DNA of 50,395 bases, the filler included, from Bipalium vagum (lineage: Eukaryota), in NCBI GenBank assembly GCA_037834085.1. It is 3 parts of 3 records of this genome, joined end to end, with 100 filler letters (N's around TTAATTAATTAA, not from the genome) between each part and the next. Parts side by side here need not be neighbours in the genome. Positions count along the whole stretch, not along the records: positions 1 to 17,390 come from JBBMKC010068780.1; 2 more parts are not named here. The stretch is one strand, 5' to 3'. Position 1 is the stretch's first letter. The number at the start of each line of letters is the position of its first letter. The notes under the pieces were generated by a model. The model saw nothing but the letters and a program-made list of their open reading frames with translations, was not told the origin of the DNA and did not search any database. The position numbers and the translations under genes were made by a program. Positions 1 to 12,315 of this stretch are shown piece by piece.

Positions 1-330
1 GATTTATGCTTTACATTTTCAAGCAGGATGGAGTTATAACCGCATTGCACAAGAGATAGGAATAAATAAATCAAGCACAAAAAAACGCAAGCAATAATTG
101 CATTAAAGCACCGCAAGGAATACATTAGAGTGAACATTGGAAAAAGTCGACTAATAATTGAAAGGCAACAGATCATCATTACTACAAAAATTCCAATAGC
201 AGAAAAGCAATCAGTTACATTCCAATCAAAATGCAAGTGCGAATTCCACAAATTCCAATATATAAAGTCGTCAAACAGTTTTTACTGTTTAAGCAGTGTC
301 ATTAAACACGAAAAGTCAGAACAGTAACCA
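1..330 (+). mobile_element. Degraded Tc1-like transposase N-terminal HTH fragment
   Basis: Frame 2 from the window start reads IYALHFQAGWSYNRIAQEIGINKSST, which is HTH-like; frameshifted afterwards. Confidence 0.3.
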
Positions 331-406
331 GGAATTCAACAGTTTGGAGGATCTAACAAGAAGTGTAATAGCACAAAAGAAAGTCAATTGTTACCTATTG
401 TTGTTG

Positions 407-410
<4 letters not shown>

Positions 411-442
<32 letters not shown>
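411..442. repeat. (TAT)n microsatellite
   Basis: Uninterrupted TAT run preceded by a (TGT)n run. Confidence 0.9.
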
Positions 443-444
<2 letters not shown>

Positions 445-1633
445 AATCTTACTTTTATCACGATTCAAATCTCTGTGAGTACAGAAGCATAGAATCTTGT
501 TTTAATTTTAAATAACTCATCACGTACAGTTTGCGCAATCCTTACCGATTGACGTAAGCTTTTAATTAATTTGTTCCTTGAAAATAATTACTCGGTGCTT
601 CACCGCTGATTAAATAATCGTTTTCTTGTTTCTCCATTTTTCTTTTTTTTTGTTTAAAGTTTACACAGCCGCTAGCTGGTAAATGTCCTGAGGGCTTTAA
701 CGCACTAGGCTAAGTCTGTGTTTAAAGATTTTGATAAATCAGCACCAAATCTCAGTAACCCTTGTAATTAAAACTTTGTCAAAAAATGTATCAATAAAGA
801 TTTTATTTAAAAATTTGTGTTCTCTTAGTTCTTATTTGTGATTGACTTTTTATCTTGTGTCAGTGATTATTTAGTGCTTCAAACGTTCATCCATGAATCC
901 TTCTGATAGCACATACTTTGTTAAGTAACATAAAGCAGAATTAAGTCTTTTAAAATCAGCCCATATTTTTAGGAACTTAACAGGTTAAACGATCATTGTA
1001 CAAGCAGGACTTATTGAAAATATTTTTAAAAATCTATAGGATTTTTCAAATAAAAAAATATAATATTTACATAATAATCTTCATTCTCAAAACACTTTCT
1101 CATCAACTCAGCTTTGAGAAACAGACTTAAATTTTTTAATCCACCATTTTTTTGAAAAAATATTAATTAAAAAAAGTCATTTAATGAATATCATATTTAC
1201 GAAATCACTGTTTATCCTTTCGACAAGTGCTTTTGTAAATTGTTAAGAATCCAATCTCTAACTTTACTTCAGAATCTTTTATTTCTAGTTATAAAAGTTA
1301 ACTGCACATGATTTCCCCCATCATTTTAATTTCTCACTTAACCAACTATACATTTGTTACTTGAATTAACCTTTTCAAAATATAAATAAATAAAATTCTT
1401 AAAATATAATGTTCTAATTTAATAACATTTAGGCATCTTAATGATCTTTAAAAAATTACCACATTTAAATTAATAATAATAATTAATATTATTATTGTTA
1501 TTATTATTATTATTTTTAATTAATTAATGTCTATATTTCATTTCGAACATATTTAATCCTTGTTTATAGTGATTGTTTTAACTAATAAGATTAGCTTTGT
1601 CAATGGAAACTGGAGTGTGGTGAATTTGAAAAA

Positions 1634-4600
1634 ATGAAGACCGATAAGTTCAATGACGAAGAAAGAGCTGAATGGCAGCATGAAGATTTGGCATCTGTAA
1701 TTCAAATAATTTTTTCTTGGGTAATATATAAAATTTGAGGTTAAAATCCGGGGTTACCATGGTCACAAAAATACAGTTTCAAGTATACATTTCTGCTCAA
1801 ATAGTAGTAAAATTTTCTCGTCAAGTTTTGATGAAACTTGTAAAATATGGAATATTAGTTCGGGAGAGGTTTTACGAACGTTTCCTGGACATAAGTCGCT
1901 ATTAAGTTATGCAGAATTAAATCAAAAAGAAACCCAGTAAAATCGACTTTGGCACTGATAAGAATTAATAATGTTTTAGGTTTCTTAGCTGTGGTTGGGA
2001 CTACAGTGTGATGATATGGGATTTGGAAACAGGACAAAATCAGGTATGTTGTTTTCAGTACCAAAAGCTTAAGAGAGATATTGGTTAGTTGTCTATCAAA
2101 TTCGGTGGTATTGTTACTTGTGGACGATTTTCGGAGACGGCTGATTTGCTGGTGGCAGGAAGTGATTTAGATAACTTAGTGACCATTGTCGATCTGAAAT
2201 CAGGAAAAAAGATTAAGTCGGTCAAAGGTATACATATATAGACAAGTTCTCTAAAATATTATAAATATTTTTTGGGTGAACTTTTTTTCTCGTACTTCAT
2301 AAAACATTGAGAAATTGAGTAAATCATTTACTCTACTGGAAAATGACAAAATATTATCGATGTAAAAGATTCACACGATGTTTTAATAAATAATTTTATT
2401 TTTTCTCCATTTCAACAATTTTATAAAATATGAAAAAAATCTTTCCCCCGCACTTAGTAATTTGTAAAAATGTTTATTTTAAAGTCAATTTATTTGGAAT
2501 GAATATCAACTGAGATAAACATTAAATATCAAGTGCAAAGGTACAACTCCGTTGTTCTTAAGATTTAAAATTCAGAGTCAAATCTATTCATAATAAAAAT
2601 TTATTTCGTTACAAATAATTTTCACCACTAAAAATTTCCCATAATTTGGGAAATTTTTGAATTCCAACATAAAAAATTGATTTTTTTCCAGTCAATTCAA
2701 TAATGTAACCTCTTTTTAACATCTTAATTTTTGAATCTCTGCTCCGACAGAGCGTGTCATAAACAAGTCATAATCTAACGGAGCAATGTTTGCTGTGTAC
2801 GGGTTATTCTGATCGTTTTGTTCTGAGTTCATGACAGCCAATGCCGGTAAATGTTTCTCATAAAATTCAGTAGTTCATAAAATATCTTTTATTCCACTAT
2901 GAACAACAATTTTTCGACGCAAGTTGTGTTTTTAAATTGAATTTGTCTGCTGCCCTGGATCAACAAAATATCTCTTATGTTTAGGATTGTTAAAATGAAT
3001 TTAGTTTTTCTCAATACACTAGACAGTGCACAAAAGTCCTTCTTTTATTCCTTTCAGTCTAAATTTCTAAAAATTATGATTGTTATCATATCTTTTTAGT
3101 TACAATAAGTTTTTAATTAGGGCTGCATACAAGTACTCCAACTTCCTGTCAATTTATTACCGCTGATTCCAGAATCCTCACCACTGGCATGGATAGAACT
3201 TGCAAAATCTTTGATTTACGAACGGATTCTATTACCATCAAATTAGAGTTAGTTAAATGGAACATTATTGAACTTAACAAAATATTTATTTATCAAGTTA
3301 AGACGTTTATTCCATTTAATATTGATATTCATAAAATATGAATTTGGTAGAAGATTTGATTAGTTGATTAACAAGGAAAATAGACTTCTTTATTGAGTTT
3401 AATTCTTTTAAGAATATGTCTCCTTTATTATAATCCAGTTGCTGCCATTGATAACTTCAATCTGACAATAGTGCAAATCCCCAATGAAATAAGTAAAACT
3501 ATTTTTTGCTTTTCTCAGCACTTACTTTTTAGGAACCATAAGAAAGAGAATTTTAAATAAGTGTTAGCATTAATAAGAACTAGCATTATTTTTCCGATTT
3601 TGTTAAAAGTTGAGTCAAAATTAATAGTTTTCAGAATTTGTGCGAAATCTAGAAAGCTGCGAAGGAAAAACAGATTTTCAGAACTTAATCTTTTGTGTGA
3701 CTGTCTACCTGTACCCGAAATCGCATTTGTAATGTAAATCATGCTGACTGCGAATTTAGTTCTCCGACATTTCCTGTACAGTCCAGATTTGGATCCATCA
3801 TATTTCTATTTTTAAATACCTTAAGAAGAACTTCAATAATTAACTTCCAAGACAGAACTGGGGGATTTAGTGATAGACTATTTAAACAATGAACCTCCAG
3901 AGTTCTATTAATCTGCTTTCAGAGTCTTGGCTGCTCCCTGGTGGAAATATGTTTCTGAAAATGGTAAATATTGGGTGTACAACTATGATTCCGGCTTTTT
4001 TTTAAAATGATAATAAAAATTTTGTTTGCATAATACATCAAAATTATATTGAATTGATTTATAAACAAAAATATCATATAGTTAATAATATCACGAGACA
4101 GTTGTTTTAATATTCCTTTTTTAAATATTATAGCGATTTAAAATGTCAATATTCATCCCAAATAAACAACATTTTGGGAAGTAATTCTACATTACTTTAT
4201 TGCCAGAAAACTGCAGCGGAAACGTACCCCTTGCTTCGAGATACCGAGGGAGAACACGCTCCTTCGATGATCTCATGTAAAATTGTTTTTGCCGTTTTAG
4301 AAATGGCCAATATGATACGCATGACAAGGAGCATGGGAAGCCACAAAAATGTGAAGATAGAGATTTGAGAACGCTGTTAGACGGAGACCCATGCCAAACA
4401 CAATCTGATCTGGCTGTCGCATTAAATGTGACTCAACAAACGCCTGAAAGCTTTAGGAATTTGGAACCCACATGAATTGACAGAAAGATTGAACGGCGAA
4501 AAACAATTTGTGATGTACTTCTTCAGAGACAAAAAAGGAAAATTTTTTGCATCGACTTATCTCAGGAGACGAAAAATGGATTGGTTATGACTATCCAAAA

Positions 4601-7600
4601 CACAAAGCAGCTTGGATGATGTCAGGTGAACCCGGTCCATCAACACCGAAACAAAATGCCCATGGTTTGAAAGTTATATTGTGTATTTGCTGAGATCAGA
4701 AAGGATTGATCTATTATGAATTTTTAAAATCTTCTCAAACACTAACTGGTGAACTATATCGATCACAATTAATTCGTTTGGAGCAAGCTTTGAATGAAAA
4801 ACGACCGGAATGGGTCGACTAGACACGAAAAGATAATTTTACAACATGATAACGCAAGACCACACGTTAATTCAGTTGTAAATAATTACTTATTCACCAG
4901 ACATCGCTACTTCGGATTACCATTTGTTCCGTTCTTTGCAATCAGCACTTTCCGGAGAGCGGTTCAGTTCCCCTGAAGACCTCCAAAATTGGATTGACAG
5001 CTGGATTTCATCAAAAAAGCCAGTGTTTTTCTTTCATGGAATTCATTCGTTACCTGAAAGGTGGGCAAAGGTTGTAGCTTCCAATGGAACATATTTTCAA
5101 TAAATGTTTTTAAATAAAATTTGTAATAAATGTTTTGTTTTCTTATTAAAAAAAAGCCGGAGTCATAGTTGTACACCTAATATATAGAAAAATAAAAACT
5201 ATATAATTTACTTGTTATGTTACATAAATACTAAAATATTCGTGCATCTCTTTCTATGCGTGTCTCAGGTGCATTGAGTGCATTACGTACATACAAAATA
5301 AAAGTTTCCAAAATACATGTATATCTTAGAAAATAATTTGTCCTTAGTATTTCATTGAGGTTCTTAAAGAATATTAACATGTTCTCTTTCGAAGTCTTAT
5401 TATGAAGAAATAATTTTAATAATAGTTTTTACGGCGCTTACTTTTGTAAATTTAAAATTCCAATAAAAAGAGATTTTTTCATTTATGTCATAGGGATCAC
5501 TCCAATATCGTTTCATCTGCCGATATATCATCAAATGAACATCTTGTTGTCACTGGTTCATGGGATAAAAGTTTACTGCTTTATGATATAAATTGTGGAA
5601 CATACAGATCAAATGGGCCTATAAAACTTGTAAATAGTCACGAAGGTTGTGTAAGTTGCTGCAGTTTCTCCAAAGATGGTATGTACATTTCTTAACTTAA
5701 GTCTTGAAACTTTTGAGAATTCTTAAGCCAGTTTGATTGTCAGTGGGGGCTATGACAGTAACTTAGTTATTTGGGACATAGCAAACAAAAACAAAGAATT
5801 AAAATTACAAGTAATTAGTCTAATCTGCTGTCATGTATACCTGGTCTGATTAATTATCGTCTTCATACTCTGCTCTTTGTTTAATCTATGATTCTCTAAG
5901 GGACATACTGATTGGGTGGAAGATGTGAAAATAAGCGATGACAACCAATGGGTTCTATCAGGTTCTAAGGTTTGAATCAACTTTCCATAAATGAATGATT
6001 GGCAGAATAATAATTTTGATCTTCAGTCTTAAATTTAGGATCATACTATTCGATTATGGAATATGGAACAGACTAACAAATTTCAAACGTCAACTGCGAC
6101 CTTTGTTAAAGGTAGTAAAGCTGCTCAAAAATTGGAAGTCAGTTTCCTTTCCTTTTTGTCTTTTGTTGATTTTAAAATTGTATTTGTTTGCCATTGTAGA
6201 ATTCTGAGGAACGTGAGTTAGTAAGATGGATACAGGTTATAAATTGAAATATTGCAAGCTGGTCCTACCCTTATTACGAAATTATATTTTACTAATAAAA
6301 AAATTACTTAAATTTGATTTAAGTCTGCACGATGATTTTAAACGTTCAAGAAAGAACTTTTGAAGACCACTTGTTAATATTTAGCATTCCCACTTTCAAT
6401 ATTTATATATTAAGATTTCTTCAATGCGCATTGGAACATTCGTAATTTTACTTAATTGGAAAAATTAATAAATAAAATAATTAGAAAAAAATTTATTTTA
6501 CAATTCGAATGACCTTGGTCATTATTACCTTGGAAGATGGAAATTTTTAACAGGTTATCTCATTAATAATAGAGCAATTAAAACTTCAAATTCCTCCTTC
6601 CCTGCAGTTTTTTTAGTTTTTAACTAAACTGATTAAAATTTCCTTATATAACAAACTAACCTTGATCTACATTTTATTGCTCCCCCTTCTTGCAATCACA
6701 GAAAAAAATAATTTTTAAAAATATGTAATTGGTTCTGTTAATACCAATGCTTAATTGTCATATTTTATTAATTGAACAAACTTAAGATATCCAATAAGAA
6801 TAATTAAAAATATTTAAAAATGATTTCCATGAACCAATTGAAAAACTTGAATTTTTTTAATCTTTATGTAAAAAATTAAAATTGAGCCATTTTTAAAGCA
6901 TTTGCTTAAGCCATTATTTTACTTATTTTATAAAAGCCTTCGTTCCATACTTAAAAATCCAAAATAAAACATTCATCTGGATTTATAGGTAAGGGATGAT
7001 TTAGGTATTAAAATGACTTGTGTGAACTTTAACAAAGGGTTTAGAACTTAATAAACAGTTTTATTGTGAAAATATCGATGACAGTTTCTTACAGTTCTAA
7101 ATAGTACTGTAAGGATATGATCAAACCCCAAATCTGCTTTGAACTATTCTTAAAGGATATAAATTCTTCTGTACTATATCAGATTCTGCAACTGCTAAAT
7201 TATTTTTGTATGAAGTTTTTTGCATCATCATTTTGAAGGATTTTAGACATCGAAATAATCAATCTGGTTAAGAATAACCTTTAACACGCAAAAGGTGTTT
7301 TTGTCTTATTATTTTACTAAATAATTTATTTTATGGCACTGTTTTGCTTTCTCAAAAATTTGCTTTTGTAATAAAATTTATTTATTTCATTGATTTGGAA
7401 TTCTTTGCACTCTTTAATTAACGTGGTGTTCTTATTTTATATTTTGATCATAGTTTGAAATCAACCAAAGGGTTCCCAGAAAATTACATACACAATTAAT
7501 ATGGAAATTATATTTTATATATATTATATATAATTATTAATAAATAATTTATAATAATAAAAATAATTTGTTTCAAAGCATAATTTGACAGTTTTGATTT

Positions 7601-8978
7601 TAGTGAGAATGTCTCGAGTTCATTATTATCATCTACGTTTAGAGATATTTCAGTTTTTTTGATAATGCCTTAGTACAAAGTGTGATATTAGAATGTCTAT
7701 GGGATGTGTACAGTCCCCGCCAAAAGTCTTTGGCCACCATGTAAAAAAGCCTAGTTTATCTTTTAGTTATTTATTCTTTAGTTATTTATTTTTTTATTGA
7801 CATCAATAAATATAAATATGAATATATTTATATAAATATAAATAACTAAAGAATAAATAATTAAAAGATAAACTAGGCTTTTTTACATGGTGGCCAAAGA
7901 CTTTTGGCGGAGACTGTAAATTATGTCTAATTATCAGATTTTAAAATGAAATATTGTTAAATATACTTATGAGGAGGATAATCAGACCTGGGGAATTTTT
8001 AATTGTTTATTTTAAATATTTTAATTGTTTTAAAATATTTTTAAAATGTAAATGAAATAGGATATTTGCCGTAAGAGAAAAAGTGCTAGTGAAAGCGAAA
8101 CTTGAGGAAAAGAAAATGAAAGATATGAAGGACCATATGAGATCGTCCTAAAAGTCCATGACCGAAGATACGTATTACAAAAGCCAAACGGAAAAAAAAT
8201 TGAGAGAAATGTCGAGAAAATTTTAAAAATTGAGAACGGGGGTATGAGGAAGATAATCAGACCTGGGGGATTTTTTATTATCTTAATTATTTATTTTAAA
8301 TATTTTAATTGTTTTAAAATATTTAAAAAGTGTAAATGAAATTTTAAAAATAAACTTAATTTTAAAATTTTATAAAAAAAGGAATTTCCAGGTCTGAGAA
8401 AATTTGTTCAAATATTATTTGTTTCATCACTTAAGAAAATCTATTCAAAAAATGTCTTCTAATTCTGAGTATAAACTGATTGGTATTAACAATACTTAAG
8501 ATAACATTGAATTTTTAGACAAAGAAAATTGACCCATAATGTCAAATTTTTATTTATTTCTTTGCAATATAAAAAAATTATCTAAGTCTGATAAACGTTC
8601 TTTTTGTATAACCAACTTCATTTGAATCGTCAGGTATCTTAATTTGGTTAAAAAGTGTAAAAAATTTGTATCATCCTTTGTTATGTTCTTTGGTGTAATT
8701 ATTTCATTGAGAAGTGAAGTTAATTATAAAGTATTCCCTTTATTTATTATATATAAAAATTATTTTATGAATTATTGTACAATTATTTATCGTTTTTCAT
8801 AGTTACAATTTTGCAGAAAGTAAAATTTTACATTAACATTGACAACTTTTTCTAGTGCTTAAAGTGTGGTAAAACTTATAAAGGTACAAACAACGGCATC
8901 TGCGTATTTTGTCGACTGGCTTCCGATTCCAATGCCAGCATGAATATCGTAAAAGAAAAATTTTCATTTATTTTATAA
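1634..8978 (+). CDS. WDR88: WD repeat-containing protein 88 orthologue, 10 exons, about 382 aa
   Basis: Manually spliced exons: 1634-1696, 1740-1936, 1980-2043, 2089-2227, 3121-3247, 5494-5678, 5728-5810, 5901-5969, 6039-6137, 8856-8978. All introns are GT..AG, the total is 1149 nt and the frame is open. Translation shows WD40 repeats (GHKNTVSSIHFC..SSSFDETCKIWN; GWDYSVMIWDLETG; TGSWDK; HEGCVSCCSFSKD..SGGYDSNLVIWD; GHTDWVEDVKISDDNQWVLSGSKDHTIRLWN). It ends in CLKCGK..ICVFCR, matching the WDR88-type C-terminal CxxC..CVFCR motif as I recall it. Confidence 0.9.
1753..1766. promoter_or_regulatory. Candidate RFX X-box inside WDR88 exon 2
   Basis: GTTACCATGGTCAC; its reverse complement GTGACC-AT-GGTAAC fits GTNRCC-AT-RGYAAC. 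It lies about 120 nt downstream of the ATG. A weaker site (reverse complement GTTTCC-ATT-GACAAA, 1596-1610) lies just upstream of the ATG. Confidence 0.45.
2690..3070 (-). mobile_element. Degraded mariner transposase fragment in WDR88 intron 4
   Basis: Minus strand retains PYTANIAPLDYDLF (from the YSPDLAPSDY motif) and remnants of the KVLL.VWW...YELL region. Confidence 0.5.
3971..5180 (+). mobile_element. Near full-length defective mariner (Mos1/mauritiana-like) in WDR88 intron 5
   Basis: 30-bp TIRs (ttgggtgtacaactatgattccggcttttt and its inverse at 5151-5180, 2 mismatches) with TA on both sides. Transposase starts at ATG 4143 (MSIFIPNK..KTAAETY..GEHAPS; PHELTER; GDEKW; HDNARPH). It carries frameshifts, stops and small deletions. 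Confidence 0.92.
7711..7916. mobile_element. 206-bp foldback MITE with Tc1-type CAGT ends in WDR88 intron 9
   Basis: 79-bp TIRs starting cagtccccgccaaaagtctttggccaccatg (2 mismatches), TA on both sides, short AT-rich spacer. Confidence 0.9.
7968..8400 (+). mobile_element. Ty3/Gypsy deletion remnant: partial LTR - integrase GPY/F tail - PPT - LTR
   Basis: Direct repeats of about 90-100 bp at 7968-8058 and 8243-8342 flank FAVREKVLVK..(frameshift)RYEGPYEIVLKVHDRRYVLQKPNGKKIERNVEKILK. The purine-rich tract gagaacggggg (8232-8242) abuts the second repeat. Confidence 0.65.
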
Positions 8979-9679
8979 GTAATTTTGGTAAAATATATAA
9001 ATGATTATGGTTTTTCATTATATTTATAAAGTATATATATTAAAAAGTTATGTTTTATTGAAAAAGCATTATAGAAGTCATGAGGTAAAATAAATATAAT
9101 TTATGATTTTTGAAATATATTATATTATATTATATTTATATAAAGATAAACTTTTTTTTATTAATCAAAAATAATTATTTATAGTTTAACCTGAAATGTA
9201 ATCAAATAGTAAATGGTATTCTATTATATCATGTCACATCATAAAAAATATATTTTTCCATTAATACAGTTTTATAACTTAATATTTTTAAAGTTTAATT
9301 TAATTTTTTACACCTTGAGAAAATAAATCTTTCTGAGATTGTTTTGACCACGTAATACCGTCATAATTTAAGAAAAATTATAGAAATGGTTTATGACATA
9401 AAGAAAGACACCAATAAAAGATGATGAGAAAAATGCAAAAAAATTAAAGGGTTTCAGGTTTTTCATGATGTTGAATAAGGTTTTTTAAGAAGTGAAAGAG
9501 TACAAAGATTTTATCAATAAAAATCATATTCCCTGTACCCAAAACATGCTATTATGAAGTATTAATATATAATATATACATTAAAGTGTATGCATTATGA
9601 TTAATGGATTAGCTGAATAATTTATTGACTAGGCATTTAATTCTTGGAAATATTATCTCGTGAACCAACTGTAAATGAG

Positions 9680-10680
9680 ATGAAGGTCAACTGTTATTCC
9701 AGATATATGTGACACCTATGAATCGCACAAAGATGTAGCTTATGAATATACAGAAAAGACATATCGAGAGATTACTGCAATTGTCTCTGAGTTTAGCAAC
9801 TGACAGCCGTATTATCAAATTGAAGTATGATACATGATCGCTTTCTCCCAAACCCAAAGGGAAGTGTGGTAGTCAAAGGAAAACTACTTCAAAAGATGAT
9901 CGTGATTTAATGCGAAAAGGTAAAAAGATCATTTGAAAATGGATTTAAAGGAGAAAAGAATCAAACCCCTTTCTTCTATAATTCGCAAACGCTTTACCAC
10001 AATTGGTGAAAAACCAGAAAACCTGTACCAAAAAAAAAAAAGATTTAAACCTAAACATTGAAAGTACAAGGGTATAAGTTGGCAATAAGTACAAGAATTG
10101 AACATAAATCCCATTTCTTTGCACAGAGTCAGAGAAGTCATCATATTCTTAGATTACCTAGAGAAAAGCTTCGCAATGTCGCATCGATCAGTATGCCAAG
10201 CATCCACTGAAGATGTGTTGGGGATGCTTCAATTATCATGCTGTTACAGTTTTGCAGTCAATCGAACGAATAATACATTCGCAAAATATATTGAAGTTTT
10301 TCGAAAAGAAATTTTTCCAGAACTGCAAAGGAGAAATCCAGGCGGTTCTTTGATCTTTCAACGTGACCTTGCTCAATATCACAGATCGAAAATGGTGAAG
10401 AGTTTCATGACATATATGCAGGTTCTTGATTGGTCGAGGAACTCTTCGGATGTAATCAAAATCAAAATTCATGGTTTATATGAAAGATTGCAGTTTAAGA
10501 AAAAATATTGATCTGTTTATCGTTAAAACTGTTATGACGGAATATTGGCTTTTTTAAAAATCAAAATTCATGGTTTATATGTAGTTGTCTTCGTGTTATG
10601 GAAAATTTTGAAAAACTAATTTTGGTCATAACTCTAGTATGGTACCAGGATCCGAAAATCATCAATGGTTGACCAAAAGC
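9680..10680 (+). mobile_element. Degraded Tc1 transposase
   Basis: Fragments: KTYREITAIV..SRIIK..SLSPKPKGKCGSQRKTTSKDDRDL; GGSLIFQRDLAQYHRSK..VLDWSRNSSD (from WPGNSPD); EKLILVITLVWYQD. Many frameshifts and a 99-bp insertion. Confidence 0.8.
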
Positions 10681-10699
10681 TTCGTGAATTTCAAACTGT

Positions 10700-10880
10700 T
10701 CAATCACTTGTATTTCCAGATGTAAATAAGAGATATTAAGCAAATAGATTATTTTTACTGTTCCAATATTTGATAAATTTTTGCGGTCGGTAATTAATGC
10801 TGCCTAAACCAATTAGTTTCTTTTCTCTCCACACCAAAGACTGGCACTATGTCTCAACAGCTCTTCGTTCTGTGAGCACC
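10700..10880 (-). mobile_element. Merlin (ISXO2-like) transposase fragment
   Basis: Minus strand, across frameshifts: HR.RAVET..VFG.VERKETNWF...TDR, resembling the Merlin RKYHRGR..WVFGGVER motif. Confidence 0.4.
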
Positions 10881-12315
10881 ACTTACATGAAAGATTGCAG
10901 TTTAAGAAAAAATATTGATCTGTTTATCGTTAAAACTGTTAAGACGGAATATTGGCTTTTAAAAATAAGAGTATCCGATAAAAATATTTAATTCAGTTTA
11001 TTGTTAAAGATAAAGATATTGATCTGATTTATTGTTAAACTGGTAATATTAGTTGTGATTCGATTTTGCAAAGAGAATATTAGATAAAGCGATTAATTTC
11101 ATTTTTAAAAGGTGAGTATGAAGTTTAATTAGATACCATTCCTGGGTCATGCCGTGCTCGAGAGACCCATTGAGGTAATTTTCGATAATCTAGGAATCTT
11201 AAGGATTCGTCTATCCAGTGTATTGCTTTTGTTTATTTTTAATATCTTATTTTTGATTTCACTATAATTTTTGAATTTTAATTATAATTCCAAGCGATTT
11301 ATTTTCAACTATCTATATTAGGTTTTCCTGAGTTATTATTGTTATTTTATTTTGAAGGGGTAATGTCAGAAATCGATTAAAACGAGCGGACGGATATCGG
11401 TGAGTGTTATCTTAGTGAATGCTATTGACGCACAGTGAGTGCGATTCGGGGAAGGGTTTTATAATTAAAAATTGATATTTTCTTGATTTTTAGGAAACGT
11501 TTCATAAATTTTGTGTTATCAAACGTTATTTTATTTCACTATCCGGGTTATAGTGAAACCTAACAGTAGTAAAAGATAAGTCAGATTAATCGTTTTGTTA
11601 ATTTTAAAATATTATCAAATTGAATTAAATTTTTAAATTAATTTTAATATCTTTATCTTAAAATTTAAACATGATAAAAATTCAAAATGTTTCCTAACGA
11701 CCTTAATCAATTGACCAAATCATCGGATTTTAATATGATTCTATTAATAAGACCCGTTGTGTGAAAATTTAATTTTTTCAAAAGTCAAAATATCGAAATA
11801 ATATTTATTATACTTTGTCCTCATTATAAATAAATGTTTTTTCACGTTTAAGGCGTTACTCTAGTAGGAGGCAAGGTAACGGTTTCCCGAGCAATAATTG
11901 ACCTAAAATGATTAACAATAAAAATATTTATTGAATAAAAATCGATTTTTAAATTAAAAACTCGGTAACAATCAATAACCGATGACTGATAATCGGAATG
12001 CATTTATACAGATATTCAGAAAATCATATAAAAGTGAAAGAAATCATTTCAACAACAAATTAATTCAATTTTGAAATGTTATCAATTTTAGCACACAATT
12101 TAAAACAAATGAAACATGGAGTTTATTTTCAAATCACAAGACTTCATGGTTTAGAAAATCGTTTTTTGAAAATAATATTTTATATCTTGACAGTAGTTGG
12201 GCTCTCATTTATTCAATCGATATGAAAAACCGTTTCCGTTCGACCGAATAAGTTTTGATAATAAATTTATCAATATTAGAAGAATCAGAGAAATCTTAAT
12301 GACTTTCGTTGATTG

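Noticed and set aside
1855-2064. Minus-strand 69-aa ORF and similar short ORFs (5995, 12721, 16527, 18359)
   Set aside because: Antisense or off-frame shadows of real exons.
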